A stretch of 64,000 bases of DNA from a virus (lineage: Duplodnaviria; Caudoviricetes), in IMG/VR virus record IMGVR_UViG_3300026549_000030, positions 160,001 through 224,000 of that record; one strand, 5' to 3'. The translations under genes and the position numbers were made by a program. Below the pieces are notes generated by a model. That model saw only the letters and a program-made list of their open reading frames with translations, ran no database searches and was not told the origin of the DNA. Shown here piece by piece: positions 1 through 9,707 of this stretch (positions are counted from its first letter, which is position 1; each line of letters starts with the position of its first letter).

Positions 1-847
1 CCTTGTTAATTGCAGCTTCTGCGCGTGAAATGTCGTCAGGTAATCCATGAGAAGCCCATAGTTCTAAGCAGCCACGAAGAATTTCTATAATAAGAATCGG
101 CGCTATTACGGCGTGAGCCTCAATCCTCGGAGGAGTAACATCATTTCCGAGCATAACATTCACGTATCCGCCCTGTTTATGTGAATTATCTTCAATTTTG
201 AATGGCTGAGCAAAGATAAGATAATCGTTTATTTTTATTATCTTGCTGTAAAGGTGTGGAAGCTCCTCGTCAAGTTCGAATATTGCACTAAGACTGTTCT
301 TGAGCGCAACTTCAGCAAGACGCATTGCGCCGCCGACAATCAGCGCATCCGTTACTATTCTTTTATTCGTATCAGAATCTTCCGCCTCAATAGCGGCATA
401 ATTTTCATATTCAAAATTTTCGTCCGTATCTGGCTCAATATGGAATTGCGTCCTGCTTGAAATTTCAGGAACAAGCTCACATTCAAATTCAACCCCGTCC
501 CGTGGGATATCAAATAGCTCGATAACGGAGTTCATACAAATTTTTTCAAGTTGGTCACGAAGATTCTCTTCTTTTCTTAAACATTGCGCATAAAGCTTGT
601 TCAGCTTTGTCATAACTTCCTTGTTATCATAAGAAGCTATGTCGTCAGAAAAAACATCTTTAACCTCGTTGAATCTTTTTCCAAGAACGTCAAGAATAAG
701 CCCATCGTTCGGGAAACACGGATTACCGTTAAATGGCGTTTTACCACACTTTACATCGCTAAATAGGTGCGAAGGAATTTGTACCCTTGCACCTAGTGCC
801 TCATTTATAATCCGTTGTTGTTTCTCGGTTACGATTACTCTTTTCAT
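1..847 (-). CDS. Hypothetical protein, runs off window start; N-terminal shared tag (MKRVIVTEKQQRIINE)
   Basis: ATG at 847; N-terminal part translated by hand; absent from the ORF track, presumably because it is truncated by the window edge. Confidence 0.75.
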   Translation of the reverse strand, partial: MKRVIVTEKQQRIINEALGARVQIPSHLFSDVKCGKTPFNGNPCFPNDGLILDVLGKRFNEVKDVFSDDIASYDNKEVMTKLNKLYAQCLRKEENLRDQLEKICMNSVIELFDIPRDGVEFECELVPEISSRTQFHIEPDTDENFEYENYAAIEAEDSDTNKRIVTDALIVGGAMRLAEVALKNSLSAIFELDEELPHLYSKIIKINDYLIFAQPFKIEDNSHKQGGYVNVMLGNDVTPPRIEAHAVIAPILIIEILRGCLELWASHGLPDDISRAEAAINK

Positions 848-849
848 AA

Positions 850-1152
850 TTAACGAATGTCGCCCTTCTTGAAAACAGTGCAATTCTTTTTGAGGTTGGC
901 TAATTTTGCCTCCTGAATTTGTTTCTTTGTAACAAATTTTCCCTCAGTCAGGTCAGCGCCATCAACGCTTAATTTCACATTCGTACCGCTTCCAACCTTA
1001 GAGACGATGTTGTTGTACTGAGTTTTGAGTCCCGCCGTACTGACAGTTCCATTAGCGTCTGGCTGAGCGTCAACGGTAAGCTCGTTGCTCTGCTCCGTAA
1101 TTCTTTCTTTTAACTGAGCCAACTGCTCTTCTGTAATGTGTATGCTTTTCAT
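850..1152 (-). CDS. Hypothetical putative virion protein with N-terminal tag
   Basis: 100 aa ORF, MKSIHITEEQLAQLKERITE, tightly packed operon. Confidence 0.7.
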   Translation of the reverse strand: MKSIHITEEQLAQLKERITEQSNELTVDAQPDANGTVSTAGLKTQYNNIVSKVGSGTNVKLSVDGADLTEGKFVTKKQIQEAKLANLKKNCTVFKKGDIR

Positions 1153-1157
1153 TTCTG

Positions 1158-1886
1158 TTACTTTTTACTTCCGTTAATTTGTGTTTTACCCTTCCAAGCT
1201 TTCGGGGTTTCCTTCGGGACTTTCTTATCGCTCACTTCCTTAGGACGTTTCTCGTCAGTGCAAGCGTTCATAAGTTCCATAAGAGATTTCTTCGTATACT
1301 TCTCCTCATTAACGGGCTGCTGCATATCCATAGGCTTATCGTCCATAGGAATTTCTTCGTCACCGACAGTTGGCTCTTCTACTGGCTCTTCCTCTGTTTC
1401 GTCCGATGAAGCGGAATTTATTTTCTCAATCAATTCCTTCTTAGCCTTTTCATCAAGATTCTTGCAAGCCGCTGAAATTATCATACTTGCAACATATTTT
1501 GATAATCCTGCGTCAGGGCCCTGTTCATTATTGAATGAATTGAGGGACTGAGAAAGCTTCCCTGTCAATTGCTGAATGTAATGCTTAGGGTCCGTTTCCT
1601 CGTCAGCCTCAACACCTGCGTCAAAATTCGTATCGAACTGATTGCTTGCTCCATCGTCAGTCATTTGTGCATTCGGATCCATTGAAGGATCGATAGGAAC
1701 GCCCGCAGGGTCTCCCGTTGGGCCCGTAGGTCCCATTGGCACTGCTGCCGTCATAGGGTTTTCCTCAGGCATTGGAGGCATAGACGATTGTGCGTTACCA
1801 ACCTTGATAACCTTCCTGTTCTCTCTCAGAACTTTGTCTATGATAGAGAGAATTTGCCCCTCCTTTATCTGTATCTTTTCGCTCAT
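1158..1886 (-). CDS. Acidic, Pro-rich hypothetical putative virion/head protein
   Basis: 242 aa ORF, tag-like N-terminus, TATTTAT upstream (1914-1920). Confidence 0.7.
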   Translation of the reverse strand: MSEKIQIKEGQILSIIDKVLRENRKVIKVGNAQSSMPPMPEENPMTAAVPMGPTGPTGDPAGVPIDPSMDPNAQMTDDGASNQFDTNFDAGVEADEETDPKHYIQQLTGKLSQSLNSFNNEQGPDAGLSKYVASMIISAACKNLDEKAKKELIEKINSASSDETEEEPVEEPTVGDEEIPMDDKPMDMQQPVNEEKYTKKSLMELMNACTDEKRPKEVSDKKVPKETPKAWKGKTQINGSKK

Positions 1887-1980
1887 ACTATATTAACAAT
1901 ATACTATTCTCCAATAAATACAACCAAAAAAGAAAAAAGCCGCACGAATGCGGCTCATTTTCAGTATTGTTTAAGTTAGA

Positions 1981-3576
1981 TTAGTTCTTCTTAAGAGACT
2001 CTTTAAGCTGTGAAAGAACCTTGTCTGTCAGGTTGCTTACGAGCTCGTCGAAAGGCTTTCCGTCGCCGATTTTCTGTCCGTAAGGCTGCTCACCCTTTGC
2101 AGACTCGTCGTTCCAGTCTTTCTTTGCTGTTCCTGCAAGAACCTCCTTGTTGTCAGGAGTTGTCATAGGTTCCTTGCGGAAACGAGGGTGCTTTCCCCAA
2201 GCGTCAAGCTTAGTAACCTCTTCCCTGACAATCTTCTCGATAGCCTCTTCGAGGGTGAGAGTTTTCTTCGCGGGCTTCTTGCTTTCAGTTAACTTGCGAT
2301 ACACGTCCTTTGTGATTGATACGATAGCCTCGTTAAGTTTATCCCAAGACTGTGCAGGAAGCTTTTTCTCACCATTGTAACCATATTCGTAGTTCTTCAT
2401 GGTATCCTCGTCGCCCTGTTTTGTAGGCTCGTTTACGTTTCCGTCCTCTTCATTGATTCTCTTCCACTCTTCGCCCTTCTCGTCACCAACACCGTTATTG
2501 GTTCCATTGATAGGATTGTTCTCCTTGTCGAGAATAGCGTTGTCGCCAGTAATTGCGTCAGCATCCTTTGAACCTTCTACGAAATTCTTCTCAAATTCCT
2601 CGAGAAGCTCGTCGAATGATTGCTCAGGCTCATTGTCGATACCTGCAACGTCTCCGCCAACCTCTGTGTTGTCAAAATCAGAATCTGTAAGCTCTGCGCC
2701 TTCCTCTCCGCCAAGCTCAGGCTCGATTTCAGTTGAACCAAGCTCTTCTTCGCCTGTGCCGAAGTCGTCTGCATTAATGTCATCAACAGGAGTTTCCTCG
2801 CCTGCAGTAACGTCAAGAGTAGGGTCTAATTCGCAAAGTCCCTCGTTCATCTTAACAGCCTTTGCACCCTTAGGATCCTTGTCAGCAACACCGTCGCCTT
2901 CGAGGTCGTCGTGTGCGTCCTTGTAATCCTTATCAGAGCCGCTGTTAGCACTCTTCATCTTATCTGATTGAAGGTCTTCCTCAACGCCCTTAACGTCCTT
3001 GTTCTCGGTAGCACCCTCAACGGTTCCGTTGAACTTAGGGTCCTTGTCGAGCTTAGCCTCAGTCTTCTCTGTGAAAGGATCGTTGTTCTTCACAGTGTTG
3101 TCACCTGTTGACTTGCCCTTTGACTCAGGGTCGCAGATGCAGTTCTTTCCGATTGTGCAGGAATTCTCGAAAATCTGATTCATTCTGTCGATTTCCTTCC
3201 TTGCATCCTCGGTTAGCATAGCGAAAACCTTCTCGCTGCGGTTAACGTCAACGGTAGAAGTCTTCTCATGCTTGCCATAAGCCTCATTGAGTGACATAAG
3301 TTTGAACTCAAGCTGCTTAGTAGCCTTATTGTAATCGGTGAATTCGTTTTCCTTACGGTTATTGAAACCACCGATATAATCGTAAGACTCAGAGATATTT
3401 TCCTTACCAACCTCAGTTGTCTTAATGTAGTACTTGGTGCCTTCCTTAAGAATTCCGTACACCTTTCCGTCAGCGCCGTTTGCGTGATACTCTATGTTGC
3501 TGGAAACTTTCTTCTCAGGGGCTCTGTACTCCATGAGGAAATTCATTCTAGCTACCTGGTCTTCGTATTTTGCCAT
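1981..3576 (-). CDS. Large acidic low-complexity protein, possibly prohead core/scaffold-like
   Basis: 531 aa, D/E-rich middle, many (L/I/M)xE sites, TATTTAT upstream (3610-3616); function inferred. Confidence 0.55.
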   Translation of the reverse strand: MAKYEDQVARMNFLMEYRAPEKKVSSNIEYHANGADGKVYGILKEGTKYYIKTTEVGKENISESYDYIGGFNNRKENEFTDYNKATKQLEFKLMSLNEAYGKHEKTSTVDVNRSEKVFAMLTEDARKEIDRMNQIFENSCTIGKNCICDPESKGKSTGDNTVKNNDPFTEKTEAKLDKDPKFNGTVEGATENKDVKGVEEDLQSDKMKSANSGSDKDYKDAHDDLEGDGVADKDPKGAKAVKMNEGLCELDPTLDVTAGEETPVDDINADDFGTGEEELGSTEIEPELGGEEGAELTDSDFDNTEVGGDVAGIDNEPEQSFDELLEEFEKNFVEGSKDADAITGDNAILDKENNPINGTNNGVGDEKGEEWKRINEEDGNVNEPTKQGDEDTMKNYEYGYNGEKKLPAQSWDKLNEAIVSITKDVYRKLTESKKPAKKTLTLEEAIEKIVREEVTKLDAWGKHPRFRKEPMTTPDNKEVLAGTAKKDWNDESAKGEQPYGQKIGDGKPFDELVSNLTDKVLSQLKESLKKN

Positions 3577-3647
3577 ATTTTTTTATTTATTATCGTCGTT
3601 TATTTTTATATAAATACGCTTTGCTCGTCAAAAAACACTTATTGTGT

Positions 3648-4553
3648 TTATTTTATGGAATATATCTTATCGTAAGTTTTCGATTTAACGTCAGCAAGAC
3701 GCTCGATATAACGGAAACGCCTTAGGCACTTGAAGATTATATTGCCGACAGACATTTCTCCGCCCTTTTTGAGAGATTCCCTTCTCATTGATTTTATCTT
3801 ATCGAACAACGCCTTAGCTTTATTCGCAGTCTGTTCCGCATCGTACTCGCCGCTATCGTTGTCGCACTCGTCTTCAAGCTTTTCAATTGCCTTCATAAAT
3901 TTGAACACCTTTTCTTTAATAAGGAATTTATCAAGCTTGATAGCCTTTATATTGTCTGGTTCTGGTTCCTTTATCCATTCATTTCTTTCGAGAGAATAGA
4001 TACCGCTTGCAGCGTGTTCCTCATTGGTGTCCTGAACATAAACCTCCACAGGAAATCCGTAGATTTTCAAATTCTCGTGCTTTTCATTCCAAAGATTCTT
4101 CTTAGAATCAAAATAATCCTTTACAAAGTTAGTCCTATCATCAACTTTCTTGAAATCCATTAAAATATGAAGATCAAAATCAGAAAACTTACTCCAATTG
4201 TAATTTGCGAGACTTCCTGTCAAAATGATATCGTCCGGCTTCACCCAGTCAACCTCAAGAGAGGAAATGAAGTCGTCGGCAATATCGAGGAGGCGAAGTC
4301 GCACGCGTGAATTAAGTTTTCCGTTAACCCAAACCTTAGGGTGAAGTTGTTTCTGCGGCTTAAAGGAAGATAAATCGAAGCCGGGATTGAGTAAGTCCCT
4401 TTTCTTAAAAGAATACTCAACAGTCTCTTCCCTTTCAGGAATACTGTCTATATCTTCATAAATGACATGGCAATATTCACCAAGCCGCTCGCCCGTTAAT
4501 TTGTACTTAGGGCAGGCGGCTGCGTCGAAGATATTGCCATTCTTATTAGTCAT
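3648..4553 (-). CDS. Pol-beta superfamily nucleotidyltransferase
   Basis: LTGSLANYNWSKFSDFDLHI = GS...DxD motif, plus third acidic strand VEVYV. Confidence 0.8.
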   Translation of the reverse strand: MTNKNGNIFDAAACPKYKLTGERLGEYCHVIYEDIDSIPEREETVEYSFKKRDLLNPGFDLSSFKPQKQLHPKVWVNGKLNSRVRLRLLDIADDFISSLEVDWVKPDDIILTGSLANYNWSKFSDFDLHILMDFKKVDDRTNFVKDYFDSKKNLWNEKHENLKIYGFPVEVYVQDTNEEHAASGIYSLERNEWIKEPEPDNIKAIKLDKFLIKEKVFKFMKAIEKLEDECDNDSGEYDAEQTANKAKALFDKIKSMRRESLKKGGEMSVGNIIFKCLRRFRYIERLADVKSKTYDKIYSIK

Positions 4554-4936
4554 TAACTAAGAGTCTCAAGATATTTCCACTTATAAATCTTTGAAAGGAA
4601 ATCGTCGGTAACGTTGTAGATTCCGCCGTATCCGTGTTCACCACCAATGGAGTCAATGAACTTATTCACATCTTTCTCCAATTCGTCAAGAATACCACTT
4701 AGTTCAGAAGCCTCTGGGAGCATAGTCTTCAAATCTCCCTTACCAAACTTTTCCCCAAGTTTACCCATAACTACTTCGGCGAGTTCGTCCTCAAACTCGA
4801 GAACACCCTCGTCAATTTCATCAGTAAGGATATGCCTTGAATGGTTGTCTGTTGACCAGTGTAACTCTTTAAGAGTCTGGTGATATCCTTCCAAGCTTCT
4901 AAGAAGCTCCAACGCGTTTTCTTTTGTAAGTGCCAT
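4553..4936 (-). CDS. Ferritin/Dps-like four-helix protein
   Basis: LKELHW...RHILTDEI...FEDELAE resembles the Dps ferroxidase pattern. Confidence 0.65.
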   Translation of the reverse strand: MALTKENALELLRSLEGYHQTLKELHWSTDNHSRHILTDEIDEGVLEFEDELAEVVMGKLGEKFGKGDLKTMLPEASELSGILDELEKDVNKFIDSIGGEHGYGGIYNVTDDFLSKIYKWKYLETLS

Positions 4937-4942
4937 AATAAA

Positions 4943-5305
4943 TTAGTTTATAACGTAAATGACAGCCCTTTCACCCTCAGTATAAGGGTCTTCTGACTGA
5001 TATTTTCTCTGCACGATTTCAGCCCTCTTTCCGAACACTCTGATATCGTCGATAAGTTCGTCAAGATTAAGAGTTCCCTCTGTATTTCCGAATGCACCCG
5101 TTTTCTGGGTTATAAGGTAAAGCGTTCCACGCCCCGTTTTTGAAGGGCGCTGCTGTTTGATAATCCAACCGTTGCGTTCGATAACATCATTCACCGTAGG
5201 ATTCGGAATTTCCTTATCGGAAGGGACGTGTGCCATATAAAGCTTATTTAGAAGCCCTTCCCTCAATATTGTCTTAAATGCCTTTTCGTCAATCGTTATG
5301 TTCAT
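4943..5305 (-). CDS. Hypothetical protein with N-terminal tag (MNITIDEKAFKTILRE)
   Basis: Start trimmed to ATG 5305, downstream of TATTTAT at 5325-5331. Confidence 0.65.
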   Translation of the reverse strand: MNITIDEKAFKTILREGLLNKLYMAHVPSDKEIPNPTVNDVIERNGWIIKQQRPSKTGRGTLYLITQKTGAFGNTEGTLNLDELIDDIRVFGKRAEIVQRKYQSEDPYTEGERAVIYVIN

Positions 5306-5369
5306 AATGATACATTTTACTATCATAAATACATTTAAATTGCGAATAGTTGCGTATTTATTTGTGAAA

Positions 5370-6176
5370 ATGGCGAAACAGTATCCATACGTAAACTTTC
5401 ACGATTACACGTACTTAAACGCGAACGGCTATCTGCAGAAATTCAGGAATGCACTTGGCAGAAGTTACCTTGACCGTGCGACGCTTACAAAACTCTTGAA
5501 AGTTATCAACAAGGATTTCAAGTTAGTTGGCTTCATAGTCCCAGATTATAAGGGGAATTACGCGCTCTATAACAAGAATACGCTTAACAACCTACTCGGA
5601 ATTGACGAAACAGGATATGAGCATACAAAGCCCGAGCATAACAAATACCTACAAATCCTCGAAAGGTACCTTGAAAGATGGGAAGCTATGGATTTTGAGA
5701 AGGAAAGAACGGACTATGAGGAAGAGCCTGAGGAGGACGAAATGGAACGAGTTTCGCGTGAGCTAATAGATTACGACAATCTCAACGAGAACAAAATGGG
5801 AAGAAAAATTTACATAACCGAATCTCAGTATAATAGAATTATCAGTGAGGGAATCGAGGTAGCAAAATATTCCGTAGAGCCCGATAAGGTTAAAGTTGTT
5901 AAAGAATTCCTTGACAATAACTTTATTAAAGGCGGAATTGCTGCAATAGGGGAGGACGGATATCCTTCAACAACGCCAATCGTTGCTCTCAAGGGTACCG
6001 ACGGAAAACCAGCAAGGAACATGTCAGACAAGCAGGCATTCGAACTCCTCAAAGATAAATTTGGAAAGATATATTCAGATAAAATTCAAGCAAATAAATT
6101 CCTTGCTCAGATACTCAAGGATTGGTATTATGATAGAATCAGCAAACAAGGGTTGCTAAGCGTAAACAGATATTAA
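5370..6176 (+). CDS. Hypothetical two-part protein with internal tag (RKIYITESQYNRIISE)
   Basis: Start trimmed to ATG 5370 after TATTTAT 5355-5361. Confidence 0.7.
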   Translation: MAKQYPYVNFHDYTYLNANGYLQKFRNALGRSYLDRATLTKLLKVINKDFKLVGFIVPDYKGNYALYNKNTLNNLLGIDETGYEHTKPEHNKYLQILERYLERWEAMDFEKERTDYEEEPEEDEMERVSRELIDYDNLNENKMGRKIYITESQYNRIISEGIEVAKYSVEPDKVKVVKEFLDNNFIKGGIAAIGEDGYPSTTPIVALKGTDGKPARNMSDKQAFELLKDKFGKIYSDKIQANKFLAQILKDWYYDRISKQGLLSVNRY

Positions 6177-6205
6177 AAAACACGCTCGATTGAGCGTGTT
6201 TTTCT
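6175..6205. terminator. Bidirectional intrinsic terminator
   Basis: A-run, CACGCTC/GAGCGTG stem, T-run between convergent genes. Confidence 0.8.
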
Positions 6206-7276
6206 TTAATCCCCGTAATATTTTTTCAACCAAGCCTTGTATTCTCCACTTTTTACTTTCTTCACCCATTCCTGATTTTCAATGTACCACTTAACTGTCT
6301 CTTCGATTGATTGCTCAAAGGTGTGTTTCGGTTCCCACCCAAGTTCATTCGTTATCTTGGTATGGTCGATATCATATCGAAAATCGTGGGACTTACCGCG
6401 AGGATCCTTGATAAACTTTATCTGCTTTCTGAAATCAACAGTCTTATCTTCTGTGTAGTATTTCGCTACTTCAAGAATCAAGTGCTCAATAATTTCGATA
6501 TTCTGTTTGCAGGCGTCCCCGCCAATGCAATAGAGCTCACCCGGCGTTCCCTTGTGAACAAGCAAGTCGATAGCGTCAGCAATATCGTGAACGTTAGTCC
6601 AATCACGCATTTGCTTTCCTTCTCCGTACACGGGGATATCACCTCCGTTGATAAGCCTGTCAATAACGAGCGGAACGAGTTTCTCGGGGAATTGGTTTGG
6701 ACCAATAGCATTACCACACGCAAGGTTAATTACAGGAAGCCCGTATGCTTCGTAGTATGTCTTTCCGAACATAACCGCAGCAGTCTTTGACGTGCTGTAC
6801 GGACTATGAGGGTCTAACGGAGTTTTCTCACTGAATGGCTCGTCGTCAACGCCAAGTGCGCCGAAAATCTCGTCGGTACCCATATTAAGGAAAACGTGCG
6901 AGGACAAATCGTCCTTCCAATATTTCAGTGCGGCGTTCAGAAGATTCAACGTTCCCATTATATTCGTCTCTGCGAACAGCGTAGGGTTAAGCATACTTCT
7001 GTCAACGTGGCTTTCAGCCGCGAGGTGGATAACGTCCGTAATTCCGTATTTCTCAAATGCTTCCTCGATTTTCTTCTTGTCTTTCACAATGTCCAGCATA
7101 ACCATTTCATAATTCTTTTCACGATAGATATCGTTAAGATTTGAGATGTTTCCCGCGTATGTTATACTGTCAAGATTGTAAATCTTATAATTAGGATACT
7201 TTTGTACAAAATGCCTTACAACGTGGGAGCCAATGAATCCATAGCCACCAGTAATTAGTATTCTTCTTTTTGCCAT
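6206..7276 (-). CDS. rfbB: dTDP-glucose 4,6-dehydratase
   Basis: ITGGYGFIGS, HLAAESHVDRS, TDE, PYSTSK (YxxxK), PEKLVP, RDW motifs. Confidence 0.95.
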   Translation of the reverse strand: MAKRRILITGGYGFIGSHVVRHFVQKYPNYKIYNLDSITYAGNISNLNDIYREKNYEMVMLDIVKDKKKIEEAFEKYGITDVIHLAAESHVDRSMLNPTLFAETNIMGTLNLLNAALKYWKDDLSSHVFLNMGTDEIFGALGVDDEPFSEKTPLDPHSPYSTSKTAAVMFGKTYYEAYGLPVINLACGNAIGPNQFPEKLVPLVIDRLINGGDIPVYGEGKQMRDWTNVHDIADAIDLLVHKGTPGELYCIGGDACKQNIEIIEHLILEVAKYYTEDKTVDFRKQIKFIKDPRGKSHDFRYDIDHTKITNELGWEPKHTFEQSIEETVKWYIENQEWVKKVKSGEYKAWLKKYYGD

Positions 7277-7279
7277 ATA

Positions 7280-7846
7280 TTAAAACGGATTTTCGATTTC
7301 TTTTAACGGTTTATGCAACTTATCCTTTGGTGATAGGATTGCGTCCTTAATATCAATCCACTGATTCCAAGGAATCGCAATGACAGGATCGTCCCAAGCA
7401 ACGGCGCCCTCACTCTCCTTATTGTACAGATTATCGCACTTATATTGGAAAATAGTGTTATCCATTAGGGTTACAAATCCATGAGCGAAACCCCTCGGAA
7501 CAAAGAATTGCCTATGATTTTTCGCTGAAAGGAAAGCATAATAAAACAACCCATATGTTTCAGAATCTTTTCTTAAGTCAACAACCACGTCAATAACCGC
7601 GCCGCTTACAACGCGAACGAGTTTCGCCTGAGCATATGGGGGTTTCTGAAAATGAAGCCCGCGTAGAACGCCGTACGACGACTTGCTTTCATTATCTTGA
7701 ACAAATTTAACATCCGCCACCATTTCGCGGAACTTCTCTTCATTATAACTCTCAAAGAAATAGCCGCGTTCATCCTCGTAGATATCTGGAATAATCAGAA
7801 CCGGGCCTTCGCTACCTTTACTCTCATGAAACCTAATTACGTCCAT
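7280..7846 (-). CDS. rfbC: dTDP-4-dehydrorhamnose 3,5-epimerase
   Basis: DERGYFFES, QDNES, GVLRGLHFQ, QAKLVRV, GFAHGF, YKCD; start trimmed. Confidence 0.95.
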   Translation of the reverse strand: MDVIRFHESKGSEGPVLIIPDIYEDERGYFFESYNEEKFREMVADVKFVQDNESKSSYGVLRGLHFQKPPYAQAKLVRVVSGAVIDVVVDLRKDSETYGLFYYAFLSAKNHRQFFVPRGFAHGFVTLMDNTIFQYKCDNLYNKESEGAVAWDDPVIAIPWNQWIDIKDAILSPKDKLHKPLKEIENPF

Positions 7847-7919
7847 CTTTTTTCTTTTAAACATACATAAAAATTTTTCTATTTCAACGAAATATGTTAT
7901 ATTTGTAAAAAGTTTTAGT

Positions 7920-9677
7920 ATGGAGGATAAGCATATTATCATAATGGGTGACAAGCAGTTTTCCGCCTCCCCGTATCAAGAGAAAGTTTTCGAATTCCTT
8001 GAGAAGGGCTGCGGAAATCTTGTCATAAACGCGTCGGCTGGTTCAGCGAAGACTACTACGCTCGTTAACTGCATGAGGTTCATACCTAAGGATAAGAAGG
8101 TTATGTTTGTCTCATTCAACAAGCATATTGCGGAGGAAATCAACCGTCGCCTGACAAACCCGAATGCTACGGCAAGGACGTGTTCGAGCGTAGGCTTCGA
8201 AATTTGCAGGGAAAACGGAGTCGGCGTCGGTACTGTAAATAACGACAAATACACCAATTACATTCGAGAAAATATAAATTCGATAACGAAGTACGGAGAG
8301 ACAGAAAGCCTCAGCCGTTCGCGTGTTACATATATGCGCAACATACGTCAGCTTGTGGACTTGTGCCGTTACACACTAAGTTTTACACCAAGGGAGATAA
8401 AGAACCTCGCTGATAAGTATGGAATTGTTCCAATCAGGGATGAATTTGACGTGTGTAGAAATATTCTTATTTGGGGAAAGGAGCATACTGACGTTATTGA
8501 TCAGACAGATATGGTTTGGCTTCCAAGCGTACTAAACCTTACTACAAAGTGGGTGTTGAAGGATTTTATTTTCATAGATGAGGCCCAGGATATTACCATT
8601 GCCCAACAGGAACTCATTATGAAATGTGCGAAACGCGGGGCAAGAATTATTGCCGTCGGTGACAAAAATCAACAAATTAACGTATGGTGCGGAAGCGACG
8701 AAGAAGCAATTGAACGGTTCAAGGAAATGCCGGGAACGATAGAAGCCTCCCTTCCCGTTTGCTACCGTTGCGGAAAAAAAATAATTGAACTCGCCAACAA
8801 AATTTCAGATGGAAGAATGATAGCCCCCGAAACGGCGCCCGAAGGAGAAATAATCGAAAACGTTAAGATTGGAGAGATAAGAAATGGCGATATGGTTCTG
8901 TCAAGAAACACCGCCCCGCTTATTGAACTTCAACAGAAACTTCTCAGAATACACAAGAAGGTTTACATTCAGGGATTTAAGGAAATCCGAGACGACTTCC
9001 TTGATATTATCAAGAATACTCACAGTACGAAAATAGATGCGGCGTGCATAACGGAGAATGGTATGTTTCCGCAAATGTACCGTATGCTGCTTGACGAAAT
9101 TGACAGGCTTAGAACACAGGTTGGAATGGACGAGGACGAGGCAATGTCGCACCCGTCAGTTCTTTACCTCTACGACAACATTAAGGCTATTGAGGTTCTG
9201 TCAGCAGGCGTTCTTTCTGTTCAGGAACTTGTCGATAAGATTAACGTAATTTTTAACGGATCAAAAGACGAGGCGATTCTCCTATCAACGGTGCATAGGG
9301 CAAAGGGGCTCGAGGCTGACAGGGTATTCATATATCAACACTCGCTCCTTGTAAATAATCCACTTGCAAGGAAAGATTGGGAGATTAAGACAGAGAGGAA
9401 TCTTTTATATGTTGCGTACACGCGCCCGAAACTTCTTCTCGGATTCATTGAGGAAGAGAACCGATTCAAGAAAAACCCGTTCATTGCGCAGAATAGCTTT
9501 GGGGCGGAAGTTCACAGAATTAGAGTGCTTCTTAACAGAGAAGATAAAGTGGAATCCTTTGATTACGGTACACAATCTTGTGGGTCACAAATTAGTACAC
9601 CTTCAACTCAGGCGACAGAAACAGCTAAGAATACAAAAAAAGGTGGATTAAAATTTGCTAATTTGCTTAAAAGGTAA
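7920..9677 (+). CDS. UvrD/Rep-family SF1 helicase
   Basis: ASAGSAKTT, IDEAQD, VGDKNQQI, CYRC, STVHRAKGLE, YVAYTRP. Confidence 0.9.
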   Translation: MEDKHIIIMGDKQFSASPYQEKVFEFLEKGCGNLVINASAGSAKTTTLVNCMRFIPKDKKVMFVSFNKHIAEEINRRLTNPNATARTCSSVGFEICRENGVGVGTVNNDKYTNYIRENINSITKYGETESLSRSRVTYMRNIRQLVDLCRYTLSFTPREIKNLADKYGIVPIRDEFDVCRNILIWGKEHTDVIDQTDMVWLPSVLNLTTKWVLKDFIFIDEAQDITIAQQELIMKCAKRGARIIAVGDKNQQINVWCGSDEEAIERFKEMPGTIEASLPVCYRCGKKIIELANKISDGRMIAPETAPEGEIIENVKIGEIRNGDMVLSRNTAPLIELQQKLLRIHKKVYIQGFKEIRDDFLDIIKNTHSTKIDAACITENGMFPQMYRMLLDEIDRLRTQVGMDEDEAMSHPSVLYLYDNIKAIEVLSAGVLSVQELVDKINVIFNGSKDEAILLSTVHRAKGLEADRVFIYQHSLLVNNPLARKDWEIKTERNLLYVAYTRPKLLLGFIEEENRFKKNPFIAQNSFGAEVHRIRVLLNREDKVESFDYGTQSCGSQISTPSTQATETAKNTKKGGLKFANLLKR

Positions 9678-9707
9678 TATCTTTGCAGCAAGAAAATACA
9701 CAATTCT

